Shown here in pieces: positions 29,694-42,057 of a stretch of DNA of 64,000 nucleotides. Made by a program: the position numbers and the translations under genes. Below the pieces are notes generated by a model, which saw only the letters and a program-made list of their open reading frames with translations, made no database searches and was not told the origin of the DNA. Position 1 is the stretch's first letter, and every line of letters starts with the position of its first letter. Source of the stretch: a bacterium (lineage in GTDB: Bacteria; Patescibacteriota; Minisyncoccia; Phycocordibacterales; UBA918); assembly GCA_043719295.1 (NCBI GenBank), contig JAYSUD010000001.1:97700-161699 (forward strand). Direction: 5' to 3'.

Positions 29694-30134
29694 ATGGAAC
29701 AACTTATTCACGCATTCGGAATTGATGGAAAACTCATCATAATCCAGATCATAAACTTTGCAGTGCTTGCCGGCCTGTTGACGTATTTTCTCTATACGCC
29801 ACTCCTCCGAATCTTAAACGAACGAGAAGAAAAGATTAAGCAAGGTATCACTGATGCTGAAGATGCAGCAAAAGCAAATGCTGATGCTCAAAAAGAAAAG
29901 CAAGCAATCTTAACTGAAGCTCAAAAAGATGCGCAAGCTATCGATGCGCGCGCACAAGCATTCGGAAAAGAAAAAGAAACAGAGATGATCGCTGTAGCAC
30001 AAGCTAAAGCACAAGAAGTACTTGCTGATGCAGAAGTAAAAAGTGTGTTACTTAAAGAAAAGGCTTTGAAAGATAGTGAAGCAGAGATCGCTAAAGTTGC
30101 TGTCTTAGCAGCACAAAAAGTACTTCAGGGGTAA
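29694..30134 (+). CDS. atpF: ATP synthase subunit b
   Basis: QIINFAVL...LYTPL...ERE then coiled coil. Confidence 0.92.
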   Translation: MEQLIHAFGIDGKLIIIQIINFAVLAGLLTYFLYTPLLRILNEREEKIKQGITDAEDAAKANADAQKEKQAILTEAQKDAQAIDARAQAFGKEKETEMIAVAQAKAQEVLADAEVKSVLLKEKALKDSEAEIAKVAVLAAQKVLQG

Positions 30135-30153
30135 CGTAAGCAATAACAACAGT

Positions 30154-30540
30154 ATGAAACAACACTATGTAGATGCGGTAACAGAATTACTCTTAAACGG
30201 GAGTGATGTTTCATTTGTGCTTAAAGGCTTAGAGGCAACACTCAAAGCAAAAGGATATATCTCGTTACATGCACAGATACTAAAAGGAGTTCAAAAGAAA
30301 CTTGAAGCCTCAAGTATACAAGCGCTTTCACACGTTGTTGTTACAAAAGAAAGTGACATGAAGCACTTTCATGCACAAATTGAAGCTTCACTTAAAGCGT
30401 TAGGAGGCAAGGTTGACACTTCAAACGTAACTATCGACACGACGTTAATTGGTGGATACATTGCTTCACACCAAGGTAAAAGTATCGATGCTTCATACAA
30501 GAACAAACTCGTATCACTCTATCGCGCAATCACCACATAA
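30154..30540 (+). CDS. atpH: ATP synthase subunit delta (short)
   Basis: IDTTLIGG...IDASYKNKL; operon position. Confidence 0.85.
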   Translation: MKQHYVDAVTELLLNGSDVSFVLKGLEATLKAKGYISLHAQILKGVQKKLEASSIQALSHVVVTKESDMKHFHAQIEASLKALGGKVDTSNVTIDTTLIGGYIASHQGKSIDASYKNKLVSLYRAITT

Positions 30541-30576
30541 TTATCAAACAGTTTACTAAACTAATCACCAAAAACT

Positions 30577-32145
30577 ATGAGCACTGCAATTATTGAAAAA
30601 ATTAAAAAGGAGATTGAAAATCTTGATGGAGCATCACAAACAGCAACAGAAGTTGGAGTTGTGTCTGCTGTTGGAGATGGAATTGCTGAAATTCAAGGTT
30701 TATCTTCTGCACAGATGATGGAGATGGTTATCTTCGATAGTGCACAAGGGAAGACACTTGAAGAGACTCTGCAAAGCAGTGATGCTTTGTTTGGTCTTGT
30801 ATTGAACCTTGAAGAAGACATGGTGAAGGTGGTTGTGCTTGGTGAGCAAAGTTTGGTAAAAGAAGGGATGCGGGTAACGCGTACAGGAAAGTTGCTTTCA
30901 ATCCCCGTTGGAGAGGCTATTGTGGGGCGAGTGGTAAACGCGCTTGGTGAAATGATTGATGGTAAAGGTGCAATCAAAACTGACAAAGATATGCCTATTG
31001 AGCGCGTTGCATACGGAGTGATGGAGCGATCTGCGGTTAATGAACCTATTCACACAGGCATTAAGGCTATTGACTCAATGATCCCAATTGGCCGTGGACA
31101 ACGAGAACTCATCATTGGGGATAGAGGTACAGGCAAGACAACTATTGCAATTGACACTATCATCAACCAGAAGTTTGAACCAAAAGAAAAACGTCCAATT
31201 TGTATTTACGTTGCAATCGGCCAGAAACGGTCAAAGACTGCAAGTATTATGGCGAAGTTAGAAGAACAAGGTGCAATGGAATACACTACAATTCTAGCCA
31301 CGTCCGCATCAGAAGCTTCACCAATGCTTTTCTTGGCACCATTTGCAGGAATGGCTATTGGAGAATACTTTATGGAGCAAGGTAAAGATGTACTCATCAT
31401 TCTTGATGACTTAAGTAAGCACGCGAACGCATACCGACAGATGTCGCTTCTACTCCGTCGACCACCAGGACGAGAGGCGTATCCAGGAGACATTTTCTAT
31501 CTTCACTCACGACTTCTAGAGAGATCTGCAAAACTTTCAAAAGAACTTGGTGGAGGATCAATTACCGCACTTCCAATTATTGAAACGCAAGAAGGTGACG
31601 TTTCAGCGTACATTCCTACAAACGTGATTTCTATTACTGACGGACAGATTTTCCTTGAGGGGGACTTGTTTAACAAAGGAATCCGTCCTGCACTTAACGT
31701 TGGTATCTCGGTATCGCGGGTTGGTTCTTCTGCACAAACAAAAGCAATGAAGAAAGTTGCTGGTAAGATTCGTCTTGAGCTTGCACAGTTCCGTGAACTT
31801 GAAGCGTTCATGCAGTTTGCGTCTGATTTGGACGATGACACAAAAGCGCGTATTGAATCAGGACGTAAGTATGTTGAACTTCTTAAGCAGAAGCAAAACA
31901 ACCCAATGCCATTTTACAAACAAGTAGTTTCAATCTACGCTGCTAACAACGGAATGTTTAATGCGGCACCGGTAGAAAATACTCAGAAAATTGAAGATGC
32001 ATTCTTGTCGTTTATTGAACGAGAACACGGAACTATGCTTAAGACCATTGAATCGGGTCGTGAGTTTACGGATCCTATCTTGGAAGAACTTAACAAAGCA
32101 ATAGAAAACTTTAAAGAATCACACACAAATTTATTCACTGTCTAA
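30577..32145 (+). CDS. atpA: ATP synthase subunit alpha
   Basis: GDRGTGKT; [12 protein letters not shown]. Confidence 0.98.
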   Translation: MSTAIIEKIKKEIENLDGASQTATEVGVVSAVGDGIAEIQGLSSAQMMEMVIFDSAQGKTLEETLQSSDALFGLVLNLEEDMVKVVVLGEQSLVKEGMRVTRTGKLLSIPVGEAIVGRVVNALGEMIDGKGAIKTDKDMPIERVAYGVMERSAVNEPIHTGIKAIDSMIPIGRGQRELIIGDRGTGKTTIAIDTIINQKFEPKEKRPICIYVAIGQKRSKTASIMAKLEEQGAMEYTTILATSASEASPMLFLAPFAGMAIGEYFMEQGKDVLIILDDLSKHANAYRQMSLLLRRPPGREAYPGDIFYLHSRLLERSAKLSKELGGGSITALPIIETQEGDVSAYIPTNVISITDGQIFLEGDLFNKGIRPALNVGISVSRVGSSAQTKAMKKVAGKIRLELAQFRELEAFMQFASDLDDDTKARIESGRKYVELLKQKQNNPMPFYKQVVSIYAANNGMFNAAPVENTQKIEDAFLSFIEREHGTMLKTIESGREFTDPILEELNKAIENFKESHTNLFTV

Positions 32146-32256
32146 TGCAATTATTTGAATTAAGTTTTGAATTAATGGTGATGCTTCATAAAGACATTAA
32201 GAATAGTCTTTATAAAGAAAAATTCAGAATAATCGCTACGCTCATTTCTTCATTTT

Positions 32257-33159
32257 ATGGCACTCAAGCAAATTAAAAACAAAATAATCGCAACCCACAA
32301 AACGGGAAAAGTTACCAAGGCGATGGAGGCTGTTTCTGCGGTAAAGATGCGTAAGAGTCAGCAAAAAGCCTTCGTTGGACGTCCGTACGTACACTCTGCA
32401 ATGCGTATACTTTCTCGCCTCTCTGAGTCAAACGAAGGACTTTCACATCCATTCGCACAAAAAAAAGAAGTTGGTAAAGACTTACTGGTGATTGTAACAA
32501 GTGACAAGGGTCTTGCGGGAAGTGTAAACAGTGCTGTTTTGAAAAAAGCAGAAGCATTATTTTCTAAAGAAAATCAAATCGATACAATTTGTATTGGAAG
32601 AAAGGCAACAGAATTTGCTGCACGACAAAAGAAAGAAGTTCTTGCATCATTTGTTAACGTCAGTGACGATGTGTCACTTAGAGATGTGAACAAAATGGCA
32701 TCACTTATTATGGAAACCTTTACCACTTCGTCGTACAGTCATGTGTATGTTTTGTATCAAAACTTTATTTCAACTTTTGAACAAGAGCCAACACAACGAC
32801 AGATTCTTCCACTTGATCCTGCTGAAATCGGGTTCATTATGGAAGGGATTAAACCAAAAGAAGGAAAATGGAGTGATGATAAAGTGACTGCTGATTCAAA
32901 AATTATCTACACCATCGAGCCATCAACTGAAGAGGTTCTCAATACACTTATTCCCCAATTAGTGCAGATTATGTTGTACCATGCCCTTATTGAAAGTAAG
33001 GCATGTGAACATTCGGCTCGTATGGTTGCCATGAAGAATGCAACTGACAACTCAAAAGAGCTAGCAAAGTCACTAACCTTAAAGTTCAACAAAGCCCGAC
33101 AGGCGGCGATTACAGCTGAGGTAGCTGAAATAACCGGCGGAATGGAAGCAATGAAGTAA
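32257..33159 (+). CDS. atpG: ATP synthase subunit gamma
   Basis: TKAMEAVS, SDKGLAG, ARMVAMKNATDN, RQAAITAE. Confidence 0.97.
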   Translation: MALKQIKNKIIATHKTGKVTKAMEAVSAVKMRKSQQKAFVGRPYVHSAMRILSRLSESNEGLSHPFAQKKEVGKDLLVIVTSDKGLAGSVNSAVLKKAEALFSKENQIDTICIGRKATEFAARQKKEVLASFVNVSDDVSLRDVNKMASLIMETFTTSSYSHVYVLYQNFISTFEQEPTQRQILPLDPAEIGFIMEGIKPKEGKWSDDKVTADSKIIYTIEPSTEEVLNTLIPQLVQIMLYHALIESKACEHSARMVAMKNATDNSKELAKSLTLKFNKARQAAITAEVAEITGGMEAMK

Positions 33160-33161
33160 AT

Positions 33162-33479
33162 ATGAAAAAAACTCTTAAAACAATAGTATTAGTTCTGAAC
33201 TCACTACTTATTGTTTTTTGCGTTTCTAGAGCAACTGATTCTATTAGATACTGGGGTACTGGAGGTGAAGATGTTGTTGGTGGTACATTCTATCAAATGA
33301 TAATTGTGTTATTAATATGGTTTTTACCAGCAACTATACTTGCATTCTATACATATAAATTTATTAGATCAGATTTAAGTAATAAAATGTACTTAAAATT
33401 TTTTGCTGTGCTGACACCACTATTTATCGTACTTTTTTTATCCATAAAATTTATGTTTTCTATGTCGGATACCTTTTAG
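33162..33479 (+). CDS. AT-rich orphan membrane protein inserted in the atp operon (cassette 1)
   Basis: Three hydrophobic segments; visibly AT-richer than the atp genes. Confidence 0.7.
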   Translation: MKKTLKTIVLVLNSLLIVFCVSRATDSIRYWGTGGEDVVGGTFYQMIIVLLIWFLPATILAFYTYKFIRSDLSNKMYLKFFAVLTPLFIVLFLSIKFMFSMSDTF

Positions 33480-33535
33480 TAGTACTTTTAAGTAATAAGT
33501 TTCTAAAGGAAATTTATTACTCAGTGGTACTGAGT
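33480..33535. repeat. cassette-associated palindromic repeat 1
   Basis: tagtactt..agtaataagtttctaaaggaaatttattactcagtggtactgagt. Confidence 0.9.
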
Positions 33536-33542
33536 AAAATAC

Positions 33543-33890
33543 ATGGAATCGAAAATTAAATTTAAAAATGTGGACTATAACAAGACTTCTCAAAGTTTTT
33601 TAAATAATCCTATTTTGACATATCATTTTATTGCTCTTTCAGTAGCAAATTTAATTATATTTTTCTTGCTTTTCACTAGTATACTTGGATTAGTTATATT
33701 TTTCTTGTCAGGTATATTTTTAACCGTACTAGCACTGTCGTTATTGATTACAGTTGTAAGTTTGTCATTAATTTATTGTCAAAGAAAAAAATATATTCTT
33801 GGTTATATAACTTCAGGATCAATAATGGTTTTAGTTAATATATACATACTAATATTAATAATTAGGACTATTATCGAGTTATTTAAATAA
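33543..33890 (+). CDS. AT-rich orphan membrane protein inserted in the atp operon (cassette 2)
   Basis: Very hydrophobic and very AT-rich. Confidence 0.65.
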   Translation: MESKIKFKNVDYNKTSQSFLNNPILTYHFIALSVANLIIFFLLFTSILGLVIFFLSGIFLTVLALSLLITVVSLSLIYCQRKKYILGYITSGSIMVLVNIYILILIIRTIIELFK

Positions 33891-33896
33891 TGCATG

Positions 33897-33956
33897 TAGT
33901 ACTTAGTAATAAGTTCCTAAAGGGAATTTATTACTCAGTGGTACTGAGTTTCAAAC
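33897..33956. repeat. cassette-associated palindromic repeat 2
   Basis: tagtacttagtaataagttcctaaagggaatttattactcagtggtactgagtttcaaac. Confidence 0.9.
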
Positions 33957-33997
33957 AAAAAATTATTAACGACTATTTACTAACAGCTAATTACTAA

Positions 33998-35371
<1,374 letters not shown>

Positions 35372-35377
35372 TTGTTT

Positions 35378-35587
35378 ATGGTTACGCGTAAAAAGGCTGT
35401 AGTGTGTCTATTTAGCATTAGTATTATATATCTCATTGTGTTGGTGTTAAGTAACTACAGTGGATGTGGCTTTTGTTTTTCTGGAAACTGCACATGTAAA
35501 TGTTACGGTATTGATGTTGAATCAGGCTTTCTTGGATTCCAAAGTGGATGTATAGGACCTAGTGAAAGTATTGAACAGAAAATCTAA
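35378..35587 (+). CDS. small Cys-rich membrane-anchored protein between atpD and atpC
   Basis: TM helix followed by CGFCFSGNCTCKC...GCIG. Confidence 0.6.
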   Translation: MVTRKKAVVCLFSISIIYLIVLVLSNYSGCGFCFSGNCTCKCYGIDVESGFLGFQSGCIGPSESIEQKI

Positions 35588-35611
35588 TAGTTCTCACTCA
35601 TTAATAAATTT

Positions 35612-35857
35612 ATGACAAAACAACTCAAACTAACAATCTCACGCGTATACGGACCTATTTTTGATGGGGAAGTTATTTCTGTAACTGTCCCCGGAATTGC
35701 AGGCGAAATGACTATTCTTGCAAACCACAGTGCTCTCATCTCTCCGCTTAAAAATGGACTAATTACTATTAGAAAAGAAGGTTCAGAGATTGAAGAGGTA
35801 GAAATAGAATCAGGTACGCTCGAAATCAGTCAAAACCACGCAACAATTCTAATTTAG
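35612..35857 (+). CDS. atpC: ATP synthase subunit epsilon (N-terminal domain only)
   Basis: VPGIAGEMTILANHSALIS...GTLEI; 81 aa. Confidence 0.9.
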   Translation: MTKQLKLTISRVYGPIFDGEVISVTVPGIAGEMTILANHSALISPLKNGLITIRKEGSEIEEVEIESGTLEISQNHATILI

Positions 35858-35905
35858 TGATTGATTTTTTGAAACAAAGTATGTTGCTCTTTTTACACAG
35901 TTTGA

Positions 35906-35938
35906 AACTCAGTCCGAGGTCGGACCTCGTACTGAGTT
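35906..35938. repeat. REP-like palindrome downstream of the RAYT
   Basis: aactcagt-c-cgaggt-cgg-acctcg-t-actgagtt. Confidence 0.85.
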
Positions 35939-35940
35939 CG

Positions 35941-36516
35941 TCAATCAAACGATAATCTTAGTTCCTTAATGATCTCAACAATTTCTGACATGTCATTATA
36001 GGTCATGTTATCCGAGGTCCAACCTCGGATTATGTCTGATTCTTGGTTTAATTTACTTCTATACAATTTTGAATCTGAGATATTGTGTATTTGAAAGTTA
36101 TTTGTAACATAAGAAACGACTTGTCTTAGGTCTTGGTCACTTGGAATGTATTTTGATTTAAATTTACCCTGGAATAACACTCCTGAGCGTTTGTACTTTT
36201 TATTGAAATACATTGTATAACCAACTCCGACGCGTTTCATGAAATATGAAATGCCATTTTCGACTAATTCTTTTAAAACTAAATGATAATGATTTGGTAA
36301 TATGCAATATGAAACTATCTCGACAACTTTCTCGTCGCTCATATCAGCTGGATATAGATGAAGCTTCCCTCGTATTATCTTTGAATTGTATGCTCTAAGT
36401 GAGCTTAAAAAATAACTGTAGTCTTGAGGGTCGTTGAAAATAACCCTCTTCTCAGTACCTCTGTTGTAGCAGTGATAGTACTCATCAATTTCAAACGCAT
36501 GGTTTCTGCTTGCCAT
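35941..36516 (-). mobile_element. REP-associated tyrosine transposase (RAYT; Y1 HUH, IS200-like)
   Basis: YYHCYNRG, YCILPNHYHL (HUH), YFNKKYKRSGVLFQGKF, catalytic Tyr in YVTNN; flanked by GAGGTnnnACCTC palindromes. Confidence 0.9.
36010..36030. repeat. REP-like palindrome inside the RAYT 3' coding region
   Basis: atccgaggt-cca-acctcggat. Confidence 0.8.
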
Positions 36517-36530
36517 ATAGTAAATATACA

Positions 36531-36559
36531 ATAAGTCCGAGGTCGGATCTCGGACTTAT
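36531..36559. repeat. REP-like palindrome upstream of the RAYT
   Basis: ataagtccgaggt-cgg-atctcggacttat. Confidence 0.85.
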
Positions 36560-36617
36560 CAACTGTCTTTTGTATGAAAGGATGCGCTAAATTGCAACTA
36601 GCAGGTAAACTGTTTGT

Positions 36618-37127
36618 ATGGAAATGATTTTTGTTTTGGTTTCGGTGTTGCAATCAGTTGCAATATCATTAGGGGTTGGGTGTTCAACAGTTGCTATTGT
36701 TAATTTTTTTGTAGCAATAAGTGACGGCAAGATTGATGAACAGGAGCGTAAGATGATGGGGGTTGTATATATACTTCTTCGTGTCGCGATGGTTTTGATT
36801 TTAACAACTACTTTTTTAATAACGTTCTTAATGTTCAGTTCAGTAAGTAGTCAGTATCTAAGTCCTTTTGTTTACGGCACTTGGACACTCATTGGTGTAC
36901 TTTTCTTTAATGCTGTTTTGATGACAAAAAGAATTATGCCATCAAACATTGGACCTGCACTTCAAGCAGCTACTTGGTACACACTTGGAGTTTTGACAGC
37001 CCTTGTACCACTTGGTCTATCACGTTTTTCGTACTTTGAATTCCTCCTTGGTTATGCTGCTGCTATTGCGCTCGGATTAACTATAGTAAACGGGATGATG
37101 GGGCACTTAAAGCACCGAAAGAAATAA
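36618..37127 (+). CDS. multi-pass membrane protein
   Basis: About five hydrophobic segments. Confidence 0.75.
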   Translation: MEMIFVLVSVLQSVAISLGVGCSTVAIVNFFVAISDGKIDEQERKMMGVVYILLRVAMVLILTTTFLITFLMFSSVSSQYLSPFVYGTWTLIGVLFFNAVLMTKRIMPSNIGPALQAATWYTLGVLTALVPLGLSRFSYFEFLLGYAAAIALGLTIVNGMMGHLKHRKK

Positions 37128-37150
37128 CAGAAGCAGAAAGTGGTGAGCAC

Positions 37151-37181
37151 AAAAAAAGAAGACATACGTCTTCTTTTTTTT
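37151..37181. terminator. bidirectional terminator
   Basis: aaaaaaagaagac-atac-gtcttcttttttt between convergent genes. Confidence 0.8.
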
Positions 37182-37218
37182 GATTCGCCAATACATTACG
37201 TATTGTTTAAAGGTTTAC

Positions 37219-40200
37219 CTAGTTCCAACTGAGCGTTCGAAACCAAGACAAAATTCTTTTAACAAACCTTGAAATACTAAATCCTACATACGTTCCTGCT
37301 CTTTTTTCAATGAGTTTCTTTTCATTTCGGTAGTAGAGCGTTGGTACGAGTACTAGCGTCAGAATCATAGCGAACGTAAGTCCAAACATGATTGCAAACG
37401 CAAGAGGACTCCAAAAGTCCGAGATACGTGAGAGAGGAATCATACCAATCACTGTTGTGATGGTTGTTAACATAATCGGACGGAACCGTGATACTGAGGC
37501 ATCGGCAACCTGATCAATTAAAGACTCATCTTCTGACCTAATGCCTTTATGTGTAATCATAGAATCCATAAGGATAATATTATGATTGATGATAACTCCA
37601 GCTAACGCAATTACTCCAAGAAGTGAGGTAAAGGAAAGAGCGAGTCCAGTAACTGAAAGTCCGAAGAATACTCCAATAAGAGAATAGGGAACTACCAAGA
37701 GTAAGTAGAGCGAGTATCGTACAGAGTTAAACGAGAGAACCAATATAGCAAGCATGAGAAGTAATCCAACAATAAGCGCGATAAACATTTCGGTAAACGA
37801 TTGATTAACGTTCTCAGCTTCACCTCCGTAACTGACTTCAACGCCCACAGGTGCTTGTAGTTCACCAACACGCTCCTTGAACTTAGCTACAACGTCGCCT
37901 GCGACTACACCTTCAACCGTAAAGGCTGAAACAGTTACTTGGCGAATTTTGTCTTCATGATTTATTGCAGCGTTTGCAGAAGCAAGTGTCTCATTTGTAA
38001 TGCTGCTTAACGGCACGCTAGTACCATTAATTGAAGTAACGGTGAGGTTACGAAGTGTATCAAGCGTGATTTTAGGAGTAGCTGAAATATCAAGCGTGTT
38101 TTTATCAACTCCTAAACGGACAACAACATCAATATCTTCACCACTTTGGTTAATAGTTGTAGCCTCTACCCCAAACACTGCACTCCGGAGCACACCTCCT
38201 ACAGCACTTGGCGGGACTCCAAGCGTACTTGCCTTAGCCTTATCAATAGTAAGTACAAACTCGGTTGCATTACTTTTACTGCTTGCTTCAATATCACGTG
38301 TTCCTTCAATCTCGTTTAACAGTTTTTCAGCTCTATCTGAAACCAAAAGCAAATCAGCTAAACTATCTCCACTTAGTTTTATAAACACAGGAGCTCCTGT
38401 TGGAGGTCCATTTTGTTGTTCTGTGATTTTGACGACACCTCCTTTAATTTCACTAAACTCTGTTCGTAACTCTGAAGCTAAATCAATACTTGATTGTGAA
38501 CGTTCTGGTTTGAGATCAACTGTTATGTTGGCAAACTTTCCTCCGGCTGCAGTACTTCCAGTAAACGCTGAACCTGATCCTGCGGTAGTAGTAAATGATT
38601 CAATATAGTCTTTGTCGTACAGAATTTCTTCAACTTCACGAACTACTAAATCGGTCTCTGCTACCGGTGTTCCTTGTGCAGTTTCAATTTCGATATAAAT
38701 TGCATCTACGTTTTCAGGCGGGAAGAAGATAACTTTAAGCAAACCAGTAGCAGGAAGTACAAACGCTAAAATAAGTCCGGCAAACAAACTATAAAGGAGC
38801 ACTCGTTGCTTAGTTTTACTTTCAAGAAATTGTACTAATTTTGTTCGATACCATAATTGTGCCTTTTGTGTATACACCTCCTGCATTTCTTCAAATTTGT
38901 TTGAGTGGCCGTTTGTTGTGAGGTAGATTGCAATAAGTGGAACCATTCCGAGTGCAACAAAAACTGACGCAAGTAACACAAAGATAATGGTAAATGGAAT
39001 TGAAGAAATAAATTCACCAGTTACTCCTGAAAGAAAAAATAGCGGAGCAAATACTGCAACAGTCGTCATTGTTCCTGCAATCAAAGGCCATGCGTATTCA
39101 CGGATTGATTTTTCAGCAGCTTCAACTGCATTACCTGATTTCCGTAAACGAGTGTGGATTGCTTCTGTTACTACAATCCCCGAGTCTACCAAGATTCCAA
39201 CAGATAGGATCAGTGCGAACAACGATATAAAGTTTATGGTATTGCCTGACACATAGAGTCCAATGAATGCGATAACAAATGAAAGTGGAATAGAAAGTGC
39301 AGCTACAAGAGACTCACGCCATCCGATGGTAAGCAAAAGTACCAAAACAACTAGAAATACTGTTTCTAAACCAGCAGTAACGAGCTCTGATAAGTCTTTG
39401 CGAACTTGAACACCTTGATCGAAAACAATGAGCACTTGTGACTCACTAAGTAATGCATCAGGTTTTTTTAGTTCATCTAGTTTAGCATGTACAAGGTCAG
39501 TAACATCAGTTACGTCTCCTCCAGCTTTTTTAAATATTGAGACGGTCATTGATGACTCTGAAGGTATCCCATCAACAGATACTCGAGAAATTGTTGATTC
39601 TCTTGCTACACCGTCAGTAACAGACGCAAGATCACGAATGTATACCACCTGACCATTGTTTGATTTTAGGGGTACGTTTTCAATATCTTCTACAGTATTT
39701 ATTGTTCCTTCAAAACGCACAGAGTACTCAATTCCATCAGTTGCAACAGTTCCAACAGGAACGGTGAGATTTGCTTGGCTTAAAGCCGTAATCACGTCAT
39801 TAATCCCAATAGAAAAGCTCGATAGTGATTCCTCGCGAACTAGAACTTGGATTTGGCGTGCACGCGTTCCGGAAATAATCACTTCAGATACGCCAGGTAT
39901 AGAAGCCATTTCATCTTTAATTTGTTCTCCAAGTGCAGTAAATGCTGTAGGTGAGACGTTAGAGGAAATTGCAATAATGTTTATTGGTTGCTTAGAGAAA
40001 TCAACTGCAGAGACTATTGGGTCACTTGCATCTGAAGGAAGTTTGCTTTTTGCACTATCAACCGCATCTTTGAGTTTTTGAATTGACTCATCAATATCAG
40101 CATTTGCAGTAAACTCAACGGTAATTGTAGACACATCATCAACAGACGTTGAGGTAAGATTCTCGATGTTTTCCACATTTGCAACAGCATCTTCAATTTT

Positions 40201-40398
40201 GTTTGTTATGAGCTCCTCGATATCAGAAGCCCCAGCTCCAGGATAAATAGTTCGTACGACTCCAACTGGTACTATAACTTCAGGGAATGACTCTTTAGGA
40301 ATAATTAACACCGCATAAGTACCCAAGCCTATAAGGGTGAGCATGAGTAAAACACTGAATTCCCGCTTATGGAGAAAAAATAGCCAAAGTGAATGCAT
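37219..40398 (-). CDS. RND efflux permease (AcrB/AcrD/AcrF family)
   Basis: 1059 aa; PKESFPEV, YPGAGASDIE, GILVDSGIVV, RFRPIMLTT. Confidence 0.95.
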   Translation of the reverse strand: MHSLWLFFLHKREFSVLLMLTLIGLGTYAVLIIPKESFPEVIVPVGVVRTIYPGAGASDIEELITNKIEDAVANVENIENLTSTSVDDVSTITVEFTANADIDESIQKLKDAVDSAKSKLPSDASDPIVSAVDFSKQPINIIAISSNVSPTAFTALGEQIKDEMASIPGVSEVIISGTRARQIQVLVREESLSSFSIGINDVITALSQANLTVPVGTVATDGIEYSVRFEGTINTVEDIENVPLKSNNGQVVYIRDLASVTDGVARESTISRVSVDGIPSESSMTVSIFKKAGGDVTDVTDLVHAKLDELKKPDALLSESQVLIVFDQGVQVRKDLSELVTAGLETVFLVVLVLLLTIGWRESLVAALSIPLSFVIAFIGLYVSGNTINFISLFALILSVGILVDSGIVVTEAIHTRLRKSGNAVEAAEKSIREYAWPLIAGTMTTVAVFAPLFFLSGVTGEFISSIPFTIIFVLLASVFVALGMVPLIAIYLTTNGHSNKFEEMQEVYTQKAQLWYRTKLVQFLESKTKQRVLLYSLFAGLILAFVLPATGLLKVIFFPPENVDAIYIEIETAQGTPVAETDLVVREVEEILYDKDYIESFTTTAGSGSAFTGSTAAGGKFANITVDLKPERSQSSIDLASELRTEFSEIKGGVVKITEQQNGPPTGAPVFIKLSGDSLADLLLVSDRAEKLLNEIEGTRDIEASSKSNATEFVLTIDKAKASTLGVPPSAVGGVLRSAVFGVEATTINQSGEDIDVVVRLGVDKNTLDISATPKITLDTLRNLTVTSINGTSVPLSSITNETLASANAAINHEDKIRQVTVSAFTVEGVVAGDVVAKFKERVGELQAPVGVEVSYGGEAENVNQSFTEMFIALIVGLLLMLAILVLSFNSVRYSLYLLLVVPYSLIGVFFGLSVTGLALSFTSLLGVIALAGVIINHNIILMDSMITHKGIRSEDESLIDQVADASVSRFRPIMLTTITTVIGMIPLSRISDFWSPLAFAIMFGLTFAMILTLVLVPTLYYRNEKKLIEKRAGTYVGFSISRFVKRILSWFRTLSWN

Positions 40399-40399
40399 A

Positions 40400-41956
40400 T
40401 TATTTTATTTCAACTGTTACTTCAGTACCTTCCTTAAGTCCACGTCCGTCTTGAACAATCATTGTGTCACCAGTTATACCTTCTGTTACAACAACAACGT
40501 CTCCCTTGATATTTCCGAGGGTAACAGGATTCGCTTTAAGGATGTTTGTTTGTGAATCAACAGTAAATACAATTGGTCCACTTCCAGTCATTTTTATTGC
40601 TGACAACGGGATGTTAATTTCTGTTTGTACTGAAGGGTCCTTTGCTTTTGTGACAAAAGTAATGGAGACAGTTGAACCATTTTGAAGCGCAAGATTTTCA
40701 TCAACACTGATTTTTACAGCCACCTTTCCGGTTGTTGGATCAATTGATCCACCAATTGCTGCAACAGTTCCTGTTGCGACTTTATTAACACTCACTTCAT
40801 CTCCAACTTCAATTAACACACTTTCTTCTTGACTAATTGATGTAGAAACTTCAAGACCACCGTTATTATTTGCAATAATAGCAGCAGCGGTTGAAGGTTG
40901 AGCATATTCTCCAGCTTTTAAGTACAAAGCATTAACCACCCCCGAGATAGGAGTTCGAACAAGTGTTTTTTCATAATTTGCTTGTGCACCTCGAAGTGAT
41001 CCAAGTGCGATTTTTACTTGTGCTGAAGATGCAGAAGGCATAACAGAAGAACCTGCAATTTGTGCCTGTTCCAATCCTTTAGCAGCTCCATCAATTGCAA
41101 TTGAAGCCCTTTCAATTTGCTGTAACGCACCATTAAGAGCAACACGCACCCCTTGTAACTGTGCTTGTAAAGCTTTTTTTTCTACTTCAGTAAATGACTC
41201 GTTTGTATCTTGATTTATAACAAGTGTATTAAGTGTGTCTACTAATGAAACAACTCTAAGTACATCTGTTCGTGCATCTTTTAACTCTTTTGAGATTTGA
41301 TCTTTAGAAACTGTATTCTTCTTTTCTGCCCATCTTTGTATAACGTTCTCAAGTGCAGTACGTTCTGCATTTAATGTTGTTGCCTGACCACCACCATCTA
41401 ACTTAAACCCCGTTGCAACTCCATTTGAAATAGTAAACAAATCATCAATATCATTGTGGAGGACACTATCAACAGTTATATATGTGTTTTGAAATGTAGT
41501 GATTCCACTTGTTTGTGCTGAGGAAAGAGAAGTTAACGCACCTTCAACACTTACACCACTTGCTTGTGCTCCCGCGAGTGCAGCTTCGTACGCTCCTTGT
41601 GCTTGAAGTAACTGTGCACTCTCTGAAGCACCCTCAAGACGAGCAATGATAGATCCAGCTCGTACAGTTGCACCAAGTTCAGTATTTACCGCAACGATTC
41701 GTCCACCTGATTCTGTCTGTAACTTAGCTTCTGTAACTGCAAGAAGTGTTCCAACTGCAGTAAATGAACTACCTCCATTCTGACTTGAAGCACTTGAAAC
41801 AATAACGCTCGGAATTTTAACTGCAGTTTCTACATCTTCTTTTTTAGAAGATCCAGAAAAAAAGACTAAGTATAGAGCTAAAGCTACTAATACGAAGAAA
41901 ATCGCTCGAACAACGGTCTTTCCATACCACATGTATAATTTGTCTACAATTTTCAT
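40400..41956 (-). CDS. RND membrane fusion/adaptor protein
   Basis: Lipoyl halves (GGRIV...GATVRAG; VRTPISGVV) with a long helical hairpin; upstream of the permease. Confidence 0.9.
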   Translation of the reverse strand: MKIVDKLYMWYGKTVVRAIFFVLVALALYLVFFSGSSKKEDVETAVKIPSVIVSSASSQNGGSSFTAVGTLLAVTEAKLQTESGGRIVAVNTELGATVRAGSIIARLEGASESAQLLQAQGAYEAALAGAQASGVSVEGALTSLSSAQTSGITTFQNTYITVDSVLHNDIDDLFTISNGVATGFKLDGGGQATTLNAERTALENVIQRWAEKKNTVSKDQISKELKDARTDVLRVVSLVDTLNTLVINQDTNESFTEVEKKALQAQLQGVRVALNGALQQIERASIAIDGAAKGLEQAQIAGSSVMPSASSAQVKIALGSLRGAQANYEKTLVRTPISGVVNALYLKAGEYAQPSTAAAIIANNNGGLEVSTSISQEESVLIEVGDEVSVNKVATGTVAAIGGSIDPTTGKVAVKISVDENLALQNGSTVSITFVTKAKDPSVQTEINIPLSAIKMTGSGPIVFTVDSQTNILKANPVTLGNIKGDVVVVTEGITGDTMIVQDGRGLKEGTEVTVEIK

Positions 41957-42057
41957 AATATTATAATTTAGTTCGATACAATACCACGAATTAACAAGAT
42001 TGTCTATATCATTCTGCTGTGAATCACCAACTTTGAGTATGATACTATTGTCGTTAT

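Noticed and set aside
33480-33949. atp-operon repeats as a CRISPR array or canonical attC sites
   Set aside because: Only two units, separated by a whole gene; no attC core motifs and no integron integrase.
35588-35611. Possible third cassette-repeat remnant (actca..taataaattt) after the Cys-rich gene
   Set aside because: Short, AT-rich and inverted relative to the other two; not distinguishable from background.
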